Positions 38,268-50,332 of a stretch of 64,000 bases of DNA are shown here, piece after piece. The position numbers were made by a program, and so were the translations under genes. Positions within the stretch are counted from its first letter, which is position 1, and each line of letters starts with the position of its first letter. Origin of the DNA: Eutreptiella sp. 'Long Island Sound 2002' (taxonomy: Eukaryota; Protista; Euglenida); the NCBI GenBank assembly GCA_964036045.1, contig OZ038378.1:105152001-105216000 (forward strand). The letters are read 5' to 3'. Under the pieces are notes generated by a model. That model ran no database searches and was not told the DNA's origin. It worked only from the letters and a program-made list of their open reading frames with translations.

Positions 38268-38643
38268 CCAATTGTCCACCTTGTCTTGTTGCTCCTTCAG
38301 CCACTTACCCACAGTGGAGTAGGAATCCTCAGGATAGGGAGCGTGTAGGAACCACGCCGCGCGTCCCATGAACAGTTCATGGGGCGTATAGCCAGTTGCC
38401 GAACTCTCTTGGGAGTTCATCATCAAGGATATGACGGGGAGTACTCTCACCCAGTCTTTGGTGCGCTCAGTCTTATCCACAGATAGGATCTTGTAGGGCC
38501 CAAAGTAGGGGTCATCGCCGGTGGAGCGTGGCCAGTCGGGTAGCCGACTGTGGTGCACCAGCACCCAGTCTCCCTCTTGGTAGGAGGCTTGTTCTTCTTG
38601 TTCCACTGGCTCTCCCTCACTCTCTGGAGCATAGCCTTGGCCT
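38268..38643 (-). pseudogene. Ty3/gypsy integrase fragments in permuted order
   Basis: On the minus strand, AKAMLQRVRE..YQEGDWVLV..YFGPYKILSVD (GPY/F region) precedes KDWVRVLPVISLMMNSQESSATGYTPHELFMG, which is normally upstream of it. Confidence 0.75.
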
Positions 38644-39699
38644 GCGAGGGAAGGAGAGGGTATAGGCAGGGTGTGGTGTCAAGGATAGGTAGAACGCAAG
38701 GCGCCCCGGTGCAGCGACGAGGGGAGCGGGTCGGGCAAGGGGGGGAAGAGGGGGGGGGGGGCGGAGAACACCGGGACACATGACATGCGCATGATCGCAT
38801 CGCAGAGAACAAGAATTGACAAAATCCAGCCGCACAGGCCATCCAAGGATCGCCCCACCATCACGGAACTGATGGAGGGGAGGCTAGCGGGGGTGGACAT
38901 GGAGGGGATCCTCTTGCCGGGCCTCTCGCGGCACCTGCCGCGGTCCGCCTACCGGGAAGAGGACTGTATGGCGGGGAGGGGGCAGGTAATGGTGCGGCAA
39001 ATTGTGCCGCATGAGCAGCGCGGGGAGGAGCAACCACGGGACCTACGACCAGTGACGAGCAACGAGCATCGAGTGGGGGCGGACCGAAGGGAAGACGAAG
39101 AGGGTAAAGGGAGGCAAGGGCGCGGCAATAGGGGGACGACCAGTGCATGGCACAGCGCAGGGCACAGCGGCGGACAAGGAGCTAGGAAGGATGGGCAGAG
39201 AGCAGAGAGCAGGGTGAGGGAGGGTAGAGCATAGGGCTCGGAGAGGGACGCGGCCCTCTGGTGTGGTTGAGGGGTGAGCAAGGTGCCGGCCCCATGGGGG
39301 CGGCCGCAAGCGCAAACAGCGGACAACAGACACTTGGTAGGAGACGCGGAGGTCCTTTGGGCACCATGTTTGCTACCGGACGAGGAGGGTTCAGTACATA
39401 CTTCCACCCGTGCCGGAAAATGAGCTTTGCAGGGTACATATGTGTTTAGAACCAAACACTCACTACACATCCATCCCCTCCTGCGGTGCATGCGACGAGT
39501 GAAGGGACTGGAGAAATGGTGTGCCATCCTTCGGAAGAATCACCGGTGGGTATCCGACAACACATGCACGTCATACACCAATCTTTCCGCGGAATGTTCA
39601 TAATCTGGGCCACACACACACCTCCTGCAAGATGAGAAGTACCCACACTGAGGAGGCAACATGAGCTGCTAGTGTGGGTATCCCCTTGTTTGCCACCAA

Positions 39700-40244
39700 G
39701 GAGTCAGATTTAAGTTGCTCGGCAATGTGCTCTTGCAGTAAAGCCCGTGTGTGGCACATTTTGATCCAAAAAAAAACACATATGCTATCACAGGGATCCA
39801 AACTGAAGCCCGTAGCACTCCCGGAACAATGCTGTTGATTGCATCACTTCCCGGCGCCTTTGCAAAATGCACGTCACCCGGAACTCCACGAAATGTGGCC
39901 CCGTTCCCCGTAGTCTACTGAAGCAACAGCATGTGGGTGGTGGTGATAGTTAGTAAAAACTGCTTCAACAAAGCACCATACATTTCACAGCCTCACCCCG
40001 AAAAATGGACGAACAAGACCGCTTTCATGACACTAGCGTTCCACAAAGGAATTGCATCGGGTAGCACAACCACCAACATGCATTTGTCAGTCCTATTACA
40101 TTTACCATTCCCATCCACCATTGCCAATTGAACTGGGACCGCCACCACGTCCTTCCACTGCGTCGAAGGAGCGCTCCCTTTTTGTACTCGGCCCCCACTA
40201 ACCGTCACTATTTCCGGCAAGTATGGTGTCAACCGGGTCCATTC
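39700..40244 (-). pseudogene. Weak transposase remnant related to the 15-kb copy
   Basis: VVLPDAIPLWNASVMKAVLFV resembles ICAHATPLWQTSATKCDIHV at 15.5 kb; downstream sequence is too eroded to follow. Confidence 0.3.
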
Positions 40245-40630
40245 GTTTGGCCGTTTTGAATGTGTTCCAGGGCTTTTTTGGCCCAAAAAATGGCTGTTTT
40301 TGGCCCTAAACCGCAGTTTTTGAAACTGAGGTCTGCCACTTGCGAATTCCGTTCCTGGCCGCCACCGTTGAGTTTCTTGCTCAAATTTTGTGTGATTGTA
40401 CATCACACCCATAGGTATCATGCACCAAAATTTCACCCGAATCTGAAGCACCACGACGGAGATCTGATTTTTTCCTATTTCGCGCGTGCTGTTGCTTGCT
40501 GCTTGCTGCTTGCTTGCTGCTGCTGCTGCTGCTGCTGCTAAACCTGGTAGGTCCACCCTAGACCCTAAAAAGGGTTATAAAACCAAGACTGGTTCCACCA
40601 GCTCAGTGACCTAGCCCTAACCCTAGCCTT
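40245..40630 (+). repeat. Dispersed repeat copy 1: AT-rich body + (GCT/GCTT)n + telomere-like CCCTAA
   Basis: Near-identical by eye to 49650-50040. Confidence 0.85.
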
Positions 40631-41565
40631 GGCTCTCACCTTAGGCTAGGGTCAGAGTGAGTGTTGGGGTCCAAAATGGAGAGCAATAATGTGGCAAAAG
40701 CAGCCATGAACGAAATTGGAGGGATCTTGTTCAGCCCAATCAACATGGCTGGCATGGCCAAACCAACTGGCTACAAAGGTTAGGGTTAGGTTTATGGTGA
40801 TGCTATGGTTAGAGGGAGGGCAAGGGGAGGTAAGGGGAGCCTGTGCCCCCCCCCCCCAACATCCCAAATCGCCCCACCTGGACCCCCCCCCCAACCGACC
40901 CTCGTGGAGCCCCCCCCCCACCGACCCTCGTGGAGCCCCCCCCCCCCATCGCCCCTCCTAGACCCCCCCTCCAATGCCCCCCCGCCCCTCCCAAGGGGCC
41001 TCCGGCCAGCAGTTAGTTGGGGGGGTAGTTGGCGTCCAGAACCGAGGGGTCGCCCCCCCCCCCCCCCGGGCTCTTGCTCTACCCATCTAACATTGTATGA
41101 AAGTGGCCCTAATTTCATTGTTCTCTGTTTAGCTTGTGCACCATGCCCCTCGGAGCTGCGACCAAGAACATTGGCCCCTTCCACGTTGTGCGTTCACGAA
41201 GATACATCAACCGTAGGCTGGAGTCACTCAAAGTAGTTGGTAAAGAGCTGGGGGCCCCGTACACATTTTCCACTTCTCTCGGAAACGGGGCACATAGTGT
41301 TAACTCCCCATAGGGAGAGCTCGTCACCGTCCCCACCGAGGGAACTAACCCTATGGGACACGACCGTGTCCGTAGTATGGCGCCTCCCGTCACTCCACCC
41401 ATTGACGACGGAGGCCCAATACCTCACATCGCAGCTAGCAACGGGCGTTACCGAGCCTGACATGTACAACACCCTACGACAGCTAGCCCAACCGGCCGCT
41501 CAAGCCCTCGAAACGGTGGACGGGAACGGCACCATCATCTACAGTGCAACATGCCCCTTGCCTAG

Positions 41566-42757
41566 GTGCGGCACTTATGCGAGTGCAACCCCAGACCTCT
41601 TGTAGATGTACAGTTGGCTAGACTCACCCAATACCATTGGCTGCTCATAGCCATTGACGGCACCCACAGGCACGAGGCCAGCTACGTGCACTGCACGATA
41701 GGGGGTACTACTCGTCCGGATGACATAGCTAATGGGTGGCTCATGGGAGGCTCTAAGCAATGGAGCACCATCTGTGCACTGGCTCAAGAGGTGGATTGAC
41801 CAGGAGCTCGTTGATGCCAGCAAGGTCAACACTTTGAACACCGCCTGGGCGACCAGACAGCCCCTCTTTTTTTTTGTGTGCCGATGGAGAGGCACAAATT
41901 TTGCTTAGCGGGTGCAAGAATCGGAGGGTTGAGCCCCAACACGCAATTGTTTGTCGGGTATGTGGTCGTCATAGGGCTGATTGGTTGGTCAATTTTGGCA
42001 CCAAGTGAGATGCCAGTCTCCCCATGAGTGCTGTTAACCGGCACATCACAACTGCACGTCGCATTCCTGATTATAGGCTCCATGGTCTCATGTGGGTTTG
42101 TATGCGTGGTATATATGGAATGAGGACTGCCATAGTGGCAGCCATTGGCAAGTCGGGTGCCATGGTGGCCTGCACCGTCCTCCAACCTACACTAAATATC
42201 GCTCGGCTCGCGGCCAAGACGTGGACCCAAGGGACTATAAGTACGGAGATGGCCAGCGAAAAGGGTAGAATTCGACTTGAGTGTCCCGCGGCCGTGCACC
42301 TCATCCGGAACAAAGGGTGGGAAACCCGAATTGATGAGTGTGTCCATAGGGGGTGGATGGAAGGAGAACATGTTGAAGGACAACCCTAGGTGGATGTCTG
42401 CTGCAAGTGGTGGACCAATTTTAGTGCCATGTGTGTGTTTGCATGGCACAAACGGTGGTTCACTTGGGGAGACCTAAAGCTGTTGAGGGAGTATGGTGTG
42501 GCTATGGGCCAAGCCCATCTATCGTTGCACTGGGGGAAACTTTTGTGGTCCCACTTGTGGATCGATCACACGTATTTTTTTGCTCACCGGTGGCGAATCC
42601 CTGTAAACTTGCATGTTTTACAATGAAGGGGAGCCACCGGCGACCGAACAGCATGTCGCGCAATAGTGACGGCCTAAGCCTTTGGCGGGGCATGCTAGGC
42701 GTGCAGGTGGTTGTGGATAACCACACCATTGGTGACAATCTCCGCCGCGAGGGATGA
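41566..42757 (+). pseudogene. RAG1/Transib-like DDE transposase pseudogene
   Basis: Ordered motifs LLIAIDGT (D1, 41656), CADGEA (D2, 41883, after a poly-T frameshift), VCRVC, IPDYRLH, HLWIDH and MKGSHRR (E position, AAG vs GAG). This parallels the RAG1/Transib D...D...CxxC...DxLH...HxxxxH...E layout. Confidence 0.6.
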
Positions 42758-45619
42758 GATCCCACCGAGCGGACTATGTGAGGCCAAGGCTATGACCTCA
42801 GCTATGTGAAGACTTGGGAGGAACAATTTCAAGCCGGAAGAGGCGGCGTTAACTCAAGAAGTATCAGGAAATGGTGTCTCTTGTTTTGCCTACCGTCCAC
42901 CTGTCTTGTGTCTTGTCACATTGGAATTCACAGATATTCGTGCGAATTTCGTGCGACATTTTTGCACAATTCACGCGAAATTCACATCAAGTTCACGTTC
43001 ACAAACTAACCAGAAGGATGCTTAATTGGACTAGTGTGAAGGCAAGAGAAATGGGGGCAGTGAAGTTGTGGTTCATCAAGGAGTGTCTCTTTTGTGGTAC
43101 CCCACGAAATATTTTTCTAGAATTTTTGGGCACAGAGCTGCCTTGTAAGAGGGACAAAGGGGGGGACTTTATGGCAAAACACGGTCACATTCACACTAGG
43201 TTCGACGCTCATTCAAAAGGACCGTTATCGGCCAATCACAAAGGGCACAAAGAAGCGCTAATACAGACAAATTCGGGTGATCGACCCGAACCTGCAAGCT
43301 CCCATATTTAATCCTTCGGCATCCACTACACCATAGAGGTGGCGAGAGCCGCACGCAAAACAGCCAGTGCAGCAATCACCAACCAAGCCCCAACAATGAT
43401 GAAGGACCAAAGTTCAAGCAGCGATCAATACCGCCATTGCCAACGACGGGACCCGCAATGCATCGACAACAAAGGAATCTTGTGGGCCAACACCCAAGCC
43501 GGCAAAAAATTGGATTTTGCATAGGCGACGCACGGCAACTTTGTGGGGGCACACCAGATGCCATAGCTGCCTATGTGTGGCACCCGCGACATGACATGGG
43601 CCACATGGCGTTGGGGCCACATGCATTGGGACAACACTAGACCGCCATGGGAACATGAACAACCCTAGTGCCCATTGTGTGTTTGCACCCTACACCACCG
43701 CCTTGTGTTTTGCCACCATTGGAAGGTTGCATTCTGCAGCCCGTGGGTGTCTAGTTGGGAGTCCTCGTGTTGCTATGCAGCGGATTGGTGCGTTGGGGCC
43801 ACAACCAACGACCTCTATCATGCGGCATGTCTCCGCATTGTTCCTTCTTTCCGGCACCGAGTGCCACCGGTCTATGGCACTCAAATTAGGGAGTGCATGG
43901 CGTGGCAGCAATACCAAGTCCATGGAGTAGGCTCCGGGGCTTGGTCACCATGCTGCTGTGTGACCTGCGAGCACCCTGGCTGCCGCTACCGCATGCCCGC
44001 TTGGTACACCAATCTTTGGCTGTGCACCACACACCCCAATGCCATTGACACCATCCTCCACCAATACCTTGCCCAGCCATAGATTCTGTACTACTGGGAA
44101 ACAATGTTACATGATGCCCTCCAGGACGCCATGACTAGGCAACAATCTCCTGCAAAAGCGACCTGCCTCCAAGACGGTAGCCGAATGGGCGCGGTGAGGC
44201 ACTAGCGATGGCATGTTGGTGCCACCAGTATGGGTTACTTTACTAGCGTGGCAGTCACCTACCGCAATAGAGAGCACCACAACGTGCATCATGTGAGCTT
44301 CAGGTCTGTGCCTTAGTGCCCCAGTGCCCCAGTTTTTCGTGGAACCCGGTGTATCATATGAGTCAGATGCCCGCTTTTCAAGAGCTTGCTTGAATAATCA
44401 GCTTTCAACAATTCGAGTCAGCCCCCCCCCCAAAAAAAGTTTTGCAAAAAAAGCAATGTAGTGACGGCTGGTTATGAGCTGTGCAAGTGGTGGATTCAAA
44501 GGAATGAAAAAAAAGGACCAAAACCTATCATTTTAGACTATTTTTGGCGTATATCAAGTATTTGATGGGTTGCATACACATGGTTAGCAACTCAAATGAT
44601 GAGACTACACCTTACTTCTTTGGTATCAAATGAACTCATAGGCACCATGTAGGACCCCTCTTTTGGGAAAGTATGCTCCCCAAGGTGTGCAGTACTGCCT
44701 TGTTTTTCAATACTTATCTACTTTTTTCCAATTTTGGTGGTGCCATCTATAGCCTTGGGGACTGATGTGGTGATGAAGAAAGAGGAAGCAGAATGTGGCA
44801 GGACCCCTTGAGCACAAACAACAATGTTCAAGGCCCCATTGCCACCAGGAAATGGAGTGCTTTACATTTGCTAGGGCTTGGTTCGACATTGGTCAATACA
44901 GAGCTTCGTGGAAGTTGTTCCCATCGCACTTGGGATGCCAACCAAGTGGTGTTAGGCTTTTCTGACCTGCTGTTGCCCTTCTTGACCGCTCAATTTCTCA
45001 AATGCTTCCTTATGTTGAGGCTGGCCAAAGAAGGGTAAAATGAAGTGTAGTTGGTCTAAAGCTGTAGCGTAAAGCTTTTGTGATGCTCTCCCTGGTGTTT
45101 TGTGCTTTTTGAAAGGGTTTGTGTTGACTTTTTTCATTGCTACAAAAATGCAAAGCAGCCTTGGAAATTGCGCGTTCCCACATCAAGAGCAAGGTCACAA
45201 AGCATCCTTTTTCTGGAATGAGCTTTTTGGGATGCTCAAACATTTTTTGTTAGCCTGCTCTGCTATATCTTTTTGGCGAAAAGCATTTGTGCCCGCTTTG
45301 AAGACTTTTTGCCTCTCACAAAGTGCATTTTCTTCTCGTTCTTTTGGGAGTTTGGAGCCGACCTAATTGGAACTAGGTGGCCTACAACCAATTGTTTCAG
45401 GATCCCAAGTGGCATTGGAAAGACCTTTGAGGAAATGGTTTTCCCGTAATGACTGACAGATAGATGACACCCAATAACCTTACGAGCCTTCGTGACGTGC
45501 ATCACTCCTGGTTGCCAGTGAGACAAAGAAGGGCGTTGGTGTATGAATCAGGCTTGCCATCATTCCCATCCATCATTGTTCATTGCTACATCGTTCGCCA
45601 ACGCAATACATGGCACTCA

Positions 45620-45900
45620 GCAGGCACTTTGAACACTGTGCACTGCACTACCACACACATTTTAAAGTGCACACTACCCACTCTGCACACCTCCATGGAC
45701 ACAGATTACTCACCACTCTGCACATGGGACACTCTGCACAGTGCCGTTGACAGTTTGCACATTGAACACCAAGCATTACACCCTGCACACTGTGTGCACT
45801 GCATATTGATCAATCTGCACACAAAACACTATGCACCCTGCAGACTATACAGTGTGCATTCGGCATACTGCAAACTGCATAGGCTGCACAATTTGCGCCG
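45620..45900. repeat. Degenerate TGCAC(A)-rich minisatellite
   Basis: Many tgcac/tgca words at ~15-25 bp spacing. Confidence 0.55.
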
Positions 45901-46146
45901 TTCTGTTCTTTTCAACGACAAAAGAAAACCTGCTGCCATCAGAAATCAGACTGTGTCCATTCCAATGAACCTGGTTGAGAAAAAAAAGATATGGGGACGT
46001 GCAATTTCTTGAGCCCGACATGTCTCTGGCGAGTGCAGTGCACTGCTCCTGGAACAATGATAGGCACAAAGATGATGATAATACCAATGATGCATGGCAC
46101 CACTATTTGGATGGCAGTTCGTTTTCTCTGCATTGTTGACCTTCAG

Positions 46147-46316
46147 GGGGTCCTGGCAAAGGAATGTACACAAAATTGTACCGCAATGTGATCAATGTCC
46201 ATGGTCACTGGCTGTGGGGTATAGAGGCTGTGATGAGCTCGTTCAGCGATACTGGTCTTTTTGGGCTGTATGCTCAGGCTGAGCATCAGTATTCCAAGAA
46301 CCTACTCAGTGTTACA
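46147..46316 (+). CDS. MPPA: Internal exon of mitochondrial processing peptidase alpha subunit (peptidase M16 family)
   Basis: Encodes GGPGKGMYTKLYRNVIN..SFSDTGLFGLYA, the glycine-rich loop signature of MPP-alpha. It is bounded by ttcAG (phase 1) and GTatgt (phase 0). Confidence 0.85.
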
Positions 46317-46809
46317 GTATGTTCTGTTGTGGCCTCTGCTCATATCAGTGCCGAAGCAGTGCTCCGCAAACAAGAGAGGCCCCTTGTTGTTCAGCTAACA
46401 GGCTAAGCATCACCAGTAGGGTTGGGACCTGGGCCTCTAGGGTGGGATTGTTTCGATTTCAGCAGCGGCTTGCGGTAGGTGATACCTTCCACGATGCACC
46501 ACTCACGGGGGCTGTTCCTGGTCAGGACCCGGCCCCAAAGGGGAGGGGTGGGGGCACTACAGACCCCGAAATGGTTGTACAGAACAATGGATTTTGTGGG
46601 CGCCAGAGGCACCGGAGATTTCGTTTTAGGCATACGGCAGGGGGAAATTTTTTTGTTCGACCCTATGTGTCTATACTCAAAATACTCAGAATTTTGTGGA
46701 GAATTCCAAAATTACTGAAAAGCACAAAAAAGGATTTTGACCCCGACCCGACCTCCGGGTCGGACCTTGACTGATGGGAGCCTGAGTTGATGGGCAAATC
46801 ACCTCGAAG

Positions 46810-47640
46810 AGAGGTTGTTAGATCAAGCGCAGGCGCGGGCATCGTATACCCCCCCTATTTTGGGGTCATTCGCGTAGCATACCCCAAGGCATGATATTGG
46901 ATGTCCAACCCCTTGTAAAATCATTATTTTGCCCAATAAGACCATCCCCCAATGGATTTTTTGATTCTGAGGCCTCTATCCCCTAAAACTGGATATCACT
47001 TTTTTGAGGGGGGGGATGGGGGGGTCAAAAGTTTTCGCTCAGAAGGCTCCAAGCAGTGGGGAAGCTTATCGGTATCACATAACCGCGGGTTGAATGGTAA
47101 CGTAGCCGGCACAAAGTTTTCGGTCGGCGGTTCGAATCCTGGTCGGCCAACTGTTGGCGGCGGCGGCGGCGGCGCCGTATTCAGCCGACCGGGGTTCGAA
47201 CCGCCGACCGAAAAGACTCCGGTCAGCAGCATTACCATTTGGCCACTGCATGGTCTGAGGCGAAAGGTCTCCCCACTGCTTGGGGCCGCGTCTGCCACTG
47301 ACAAGAAACCCAAACTGTGTGTTTCTGTCTGACTGACTGCTGGCCTGGCTAAGGGACTGATTGGCTGACTGGCAACCTCTCGTCGAGGTACACTGCCGAA
47401 GGCAATAGAATCCCCTCGCAGAGGTTGTTAGATCAAAGCCAGGCAGGCGTATATAGGGGAAAATGCCACATACCCCCCCATTTTGGGCGTTTTTGGGCCT
47501 ATGCGCGTACCCTACCCCAAGGGGTTGAATTGTTAGTTTAACCCCTTGTAAAATCATTATTTTGTCCAATAAACACATCCCCCAATGAGTTTTAGGTCCG
47601 GACCCCCCCAAGCCCCCCCCCACTTGAATCCCACTTTTTT
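46810..47640 (+). repeat. Two related direct repeat copies (46810-47020 and 47418-47640) around a fold-back element
   Basis: Shared gaggttgttagatcaa..ccccttgtaaaatcattattttg..catcccccaatg. Confidence 0.7.
47093..47239. repeat. 147-bp fold-back element with tRNA B-box-like arms
   Basis: 31-bp arms at 47117-47147 and 47184-47214 (2 mismatches) containing GGTTCGAATCC; outer AATGGTAA/TTACCATT; (GGC)n loop. Confidence 0.85.
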
Positions 47641-47697
47641 GAGGTTTTGAGGGAGGTGGGGGGGGGTGGGGGGGGGGTCAAAAAAGACCCCCCCTTT

Positions 47698-48615
47698 TTT
47701 TGGGTCAAAAACCATGAATCTTTTGGTTTTTTCGATTTTGAGCCGAAAAAGTGTTTCCGGGTCCCGACTCCATGGGGTTTGTATGGGGCGGAGTGGGACG
47801 AGCGCTTTATGCACTTTCCAGCCATTTTTGCTATGTTGGCGGTTTTGGCGAACCCGGGGACCCCGTGGTACCCACTCTGAGGGGTGTGAGTGGGGATGTT
47901 GTGACAGTATATGCCTACTAGGATACGGAAGGACCTGTTTTTTTGCAGTCTCAAGCCTTGCTGAGAGGCGGTCACAACCCGTGCCAAAGCTTCGAAATGA
48001 CCGTTTCCACCAAAAATGGCCTAGTGAATGGGCCGGTACACAACCTGCTTGTGCAGTTTTTCACCCTGTAGAGCTCAAAAATCGAAGTTTTCGCAACTTT
48101 TTTTTGATATTGAGATCACCTAAAATGACAATTCAAGGTATGTAAAGCATGTTTTAGGCCGTTTTTCCGTGTTTTTCACCCTGTTTAGTTATTGAGTGCA
48201 CGGGGGGGGGTCTCCCAAGGGATGGGTACACGACCTGCTTCTGCAGTTTTTCACCCTGGGCAGCTCAAAAATGGAAGTTTTTGAAACTTATTTTTTTGAT
48301 ATTGTGATCACTTAAAATGACCATCCAAGCTATGTAAAGCATGTTTTAGGCCGTATTTATGTACTTTCCCCTCTATTTGGGTATTGGGTGCGCGGGGAGG
48401 GGGTCTCCCAAGGGATTGGTACACAACCTGCTTAGGCAGCTTTTCACCATGGGCAGCTCAAAAATCGAAGTTTCCGGGATTGGGGATGTTATGACAGCAT
48501 ATGCGTACTGGGATATGGAAGGACGTTGTTTTGCAATCTCTAGCCTTGCTGAGAGACGGTCACAACCTGTGCCAAAGATGCGAGATGACTGTTTCCACCA
48601 ATAATGTCCTAGTCA
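47698..48615 (+). repeat. Composite repeat: ~350-bp leader + ~190-bp satellite units
   Basis: The leader recurs at 52871-53235. The unit gggtctcccaagggattggtacacaacctgc..aaaatgaccatccaaggtatgtaaagcatgtt..ccgtatttacgtgtttttcacc repeats at 48211 and 48404. Confidence 0.85.
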
Positions 48616-49649
48616 CGGGGGGGCGGCCGGGCCCGGTCCTTGTTTGCGACACCCCCCACCCCCCCCCACCCCCTCCCCCCCCCGGGTTTTGAAAGATAGT
48701 GGTGCCGGGTCGGCCACCAGCAAGTGTCCCTAGAGAAAACTGTCCGGCGCCGAAGGCGCCATTTTTTTTTTCATACTACGTGTTTATACTCAAAATGCTC
48801 AAAATTTTGTAGAGAATTCATATTTGGGCTATATGAGGGCTGCAGGCCCTAATAGCAACCCTAATCAAGACTGAATATTGGGACCGAGCTGGTGGGGGAG
48901 GGAACATCAGCTATGACTGGTGAGGGACATCAAGAATGATTCACACATTGATGGCCCTTGACAAAGTGGAATTGGCTTGCAAGTGAACCCCATCACCACG
49001 AGGCCCACTTTCAAGGCTTTTTGGACTTCTGAGGGGCCAAAATACCCCAAAATGGGCTCAAAATGGGCTCATTTCACCCGTTTGTGCACCCCAAATGGTC
49101 TAGGATGAGGTTTGGAAAAATGCGTTTTGACCCATTTTTTACCCATTTTTGGTCCCAAAACAGCCCATTTCCAAGGCATTTTGGGATTTTCGGAGGACCA
49201 AAATGGGCCACCACAAGCTCAAAACGGTCCAAAAACACTTGTTTTAGCGTCGCACATGGTCGAGGATCATTTTTGAGAAAAGTCATCTTTTTGCCCCTAC
49301 TGGACCCTGTTGACCCATTTGGGCACCCACCTGTTTGGGCTTGAGCTCGCAGCTTGCCGCAACCTAGTTGGCCTAGGTATGGGGGTCTAGACGTCCATTT
49401 GGGCAATTTTGAGGGGTGGAAACCACAAAAAGTGGGGGGTTGCGGGTGGAGTAGGTGCCCTCGGAATCGCATTTTGAGCCATGTAGCCAAAGATATGGCC
49501 TATTCTTGGTTTGTGGCTGTCGGCATTTGGAGCTTCTGGGGGCCTTTTTGGGCCGTTTCCACGACATATCATGGAGTTAGAGGGCCGCAAAGAGCTCGTT
49601 GACATGGGGAAGTCAAGCCGCACGTGGAGTGTACCCACCGTTTCCCTTT

Positions 49650-50040
49650 GTTTGGCCGTTTTGAATGTGTTCCAGGGCTTTTTAAGCCCAAAAATGGCTG
49701 CTTTTGGCCCTAAACTGCAGTTTTTGAAACTGAGGTCCGCCACTTGCGAATCCCGTTCCCGGCCGCCACCGTTGAGTTTCTTGCTCAAACTTTGTGTGAT
49801 TGTACTTCACACCCATAGGTATCATGCACCAAAATTTCACCCGAATTTGAAGCACCACGACGGAGATCTGATTTTGGCCCATTTCGCGCGTGCTGCTTGC
49901 TTGCTGCTTGCTTGCTGCTTGCTTGCTGCTTGCTGCTTGCTTGCTAAACCTGGTAGGTCCACCCTAGACACTAAAAAGGGTTATAAAACCAAGACTGGTT
50001 CCACCAGCTCGGTGACCCTAACCCTAACCCTAACCCTAGG
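49650..50040 (+). repeat. Dispersed repeat copy 2 (sister of 40245-40630)
   Basis: Direct alignment by eye, including the (GCTT)n tract and gctaaacctggtaggtccaccctaga. Confidence 0.85.
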
Positions 50041-50101
50041 GCCAACCCTAACCCTAGGGCTAACCTTAACCCTTACCTTAACCCCAACCCTAACCCTAAC
50101 C
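50016..50101 (+). repeat. Interstitial degenerate telomeric tract (CCCTAA)n followed by a C-rich tract
   Basis: accctaaccctaaccctaaccctagg..taaccctaaccctaac; C-rich units continue to ~50270. Confidence 0.85.
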
Positions 50102-50332
50102 CCCCCCCCTCACCCCATCCGACGCCCCCCTGACCCCCGGCCAGACCCCCCCCGACCCCCGGCAGGACCCCCCCCAGACCCCTGGTAGGACCCCCCCCGA
50201 CCCCCAGCCGGACCCCCCCCCCGACTCCCGGCCGGACCCCCCCGAACTCTGCCCCCCCCCCCCCCCCGAGTTTTGAGAGATAGCTGGGGGGTATGTCGCA
50301 TCAAGACCGGTTGTAGTCGCCCCCCCCGTGGT

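Noticed and set aside
43339-44082. Degraded LINE endonuclease
   Set aside because: Coding-like, but no clear APE motifs.
47117-47214. tRNA gene
   Set aside because: Only B-box/T-arm-like words in inverted orientation; no cloverleaf, D-arm or anticodon arm.
50016-50101. True chromosome end
   Set aside because: The tract is short, degenerate, internal and part of a duplicated element.
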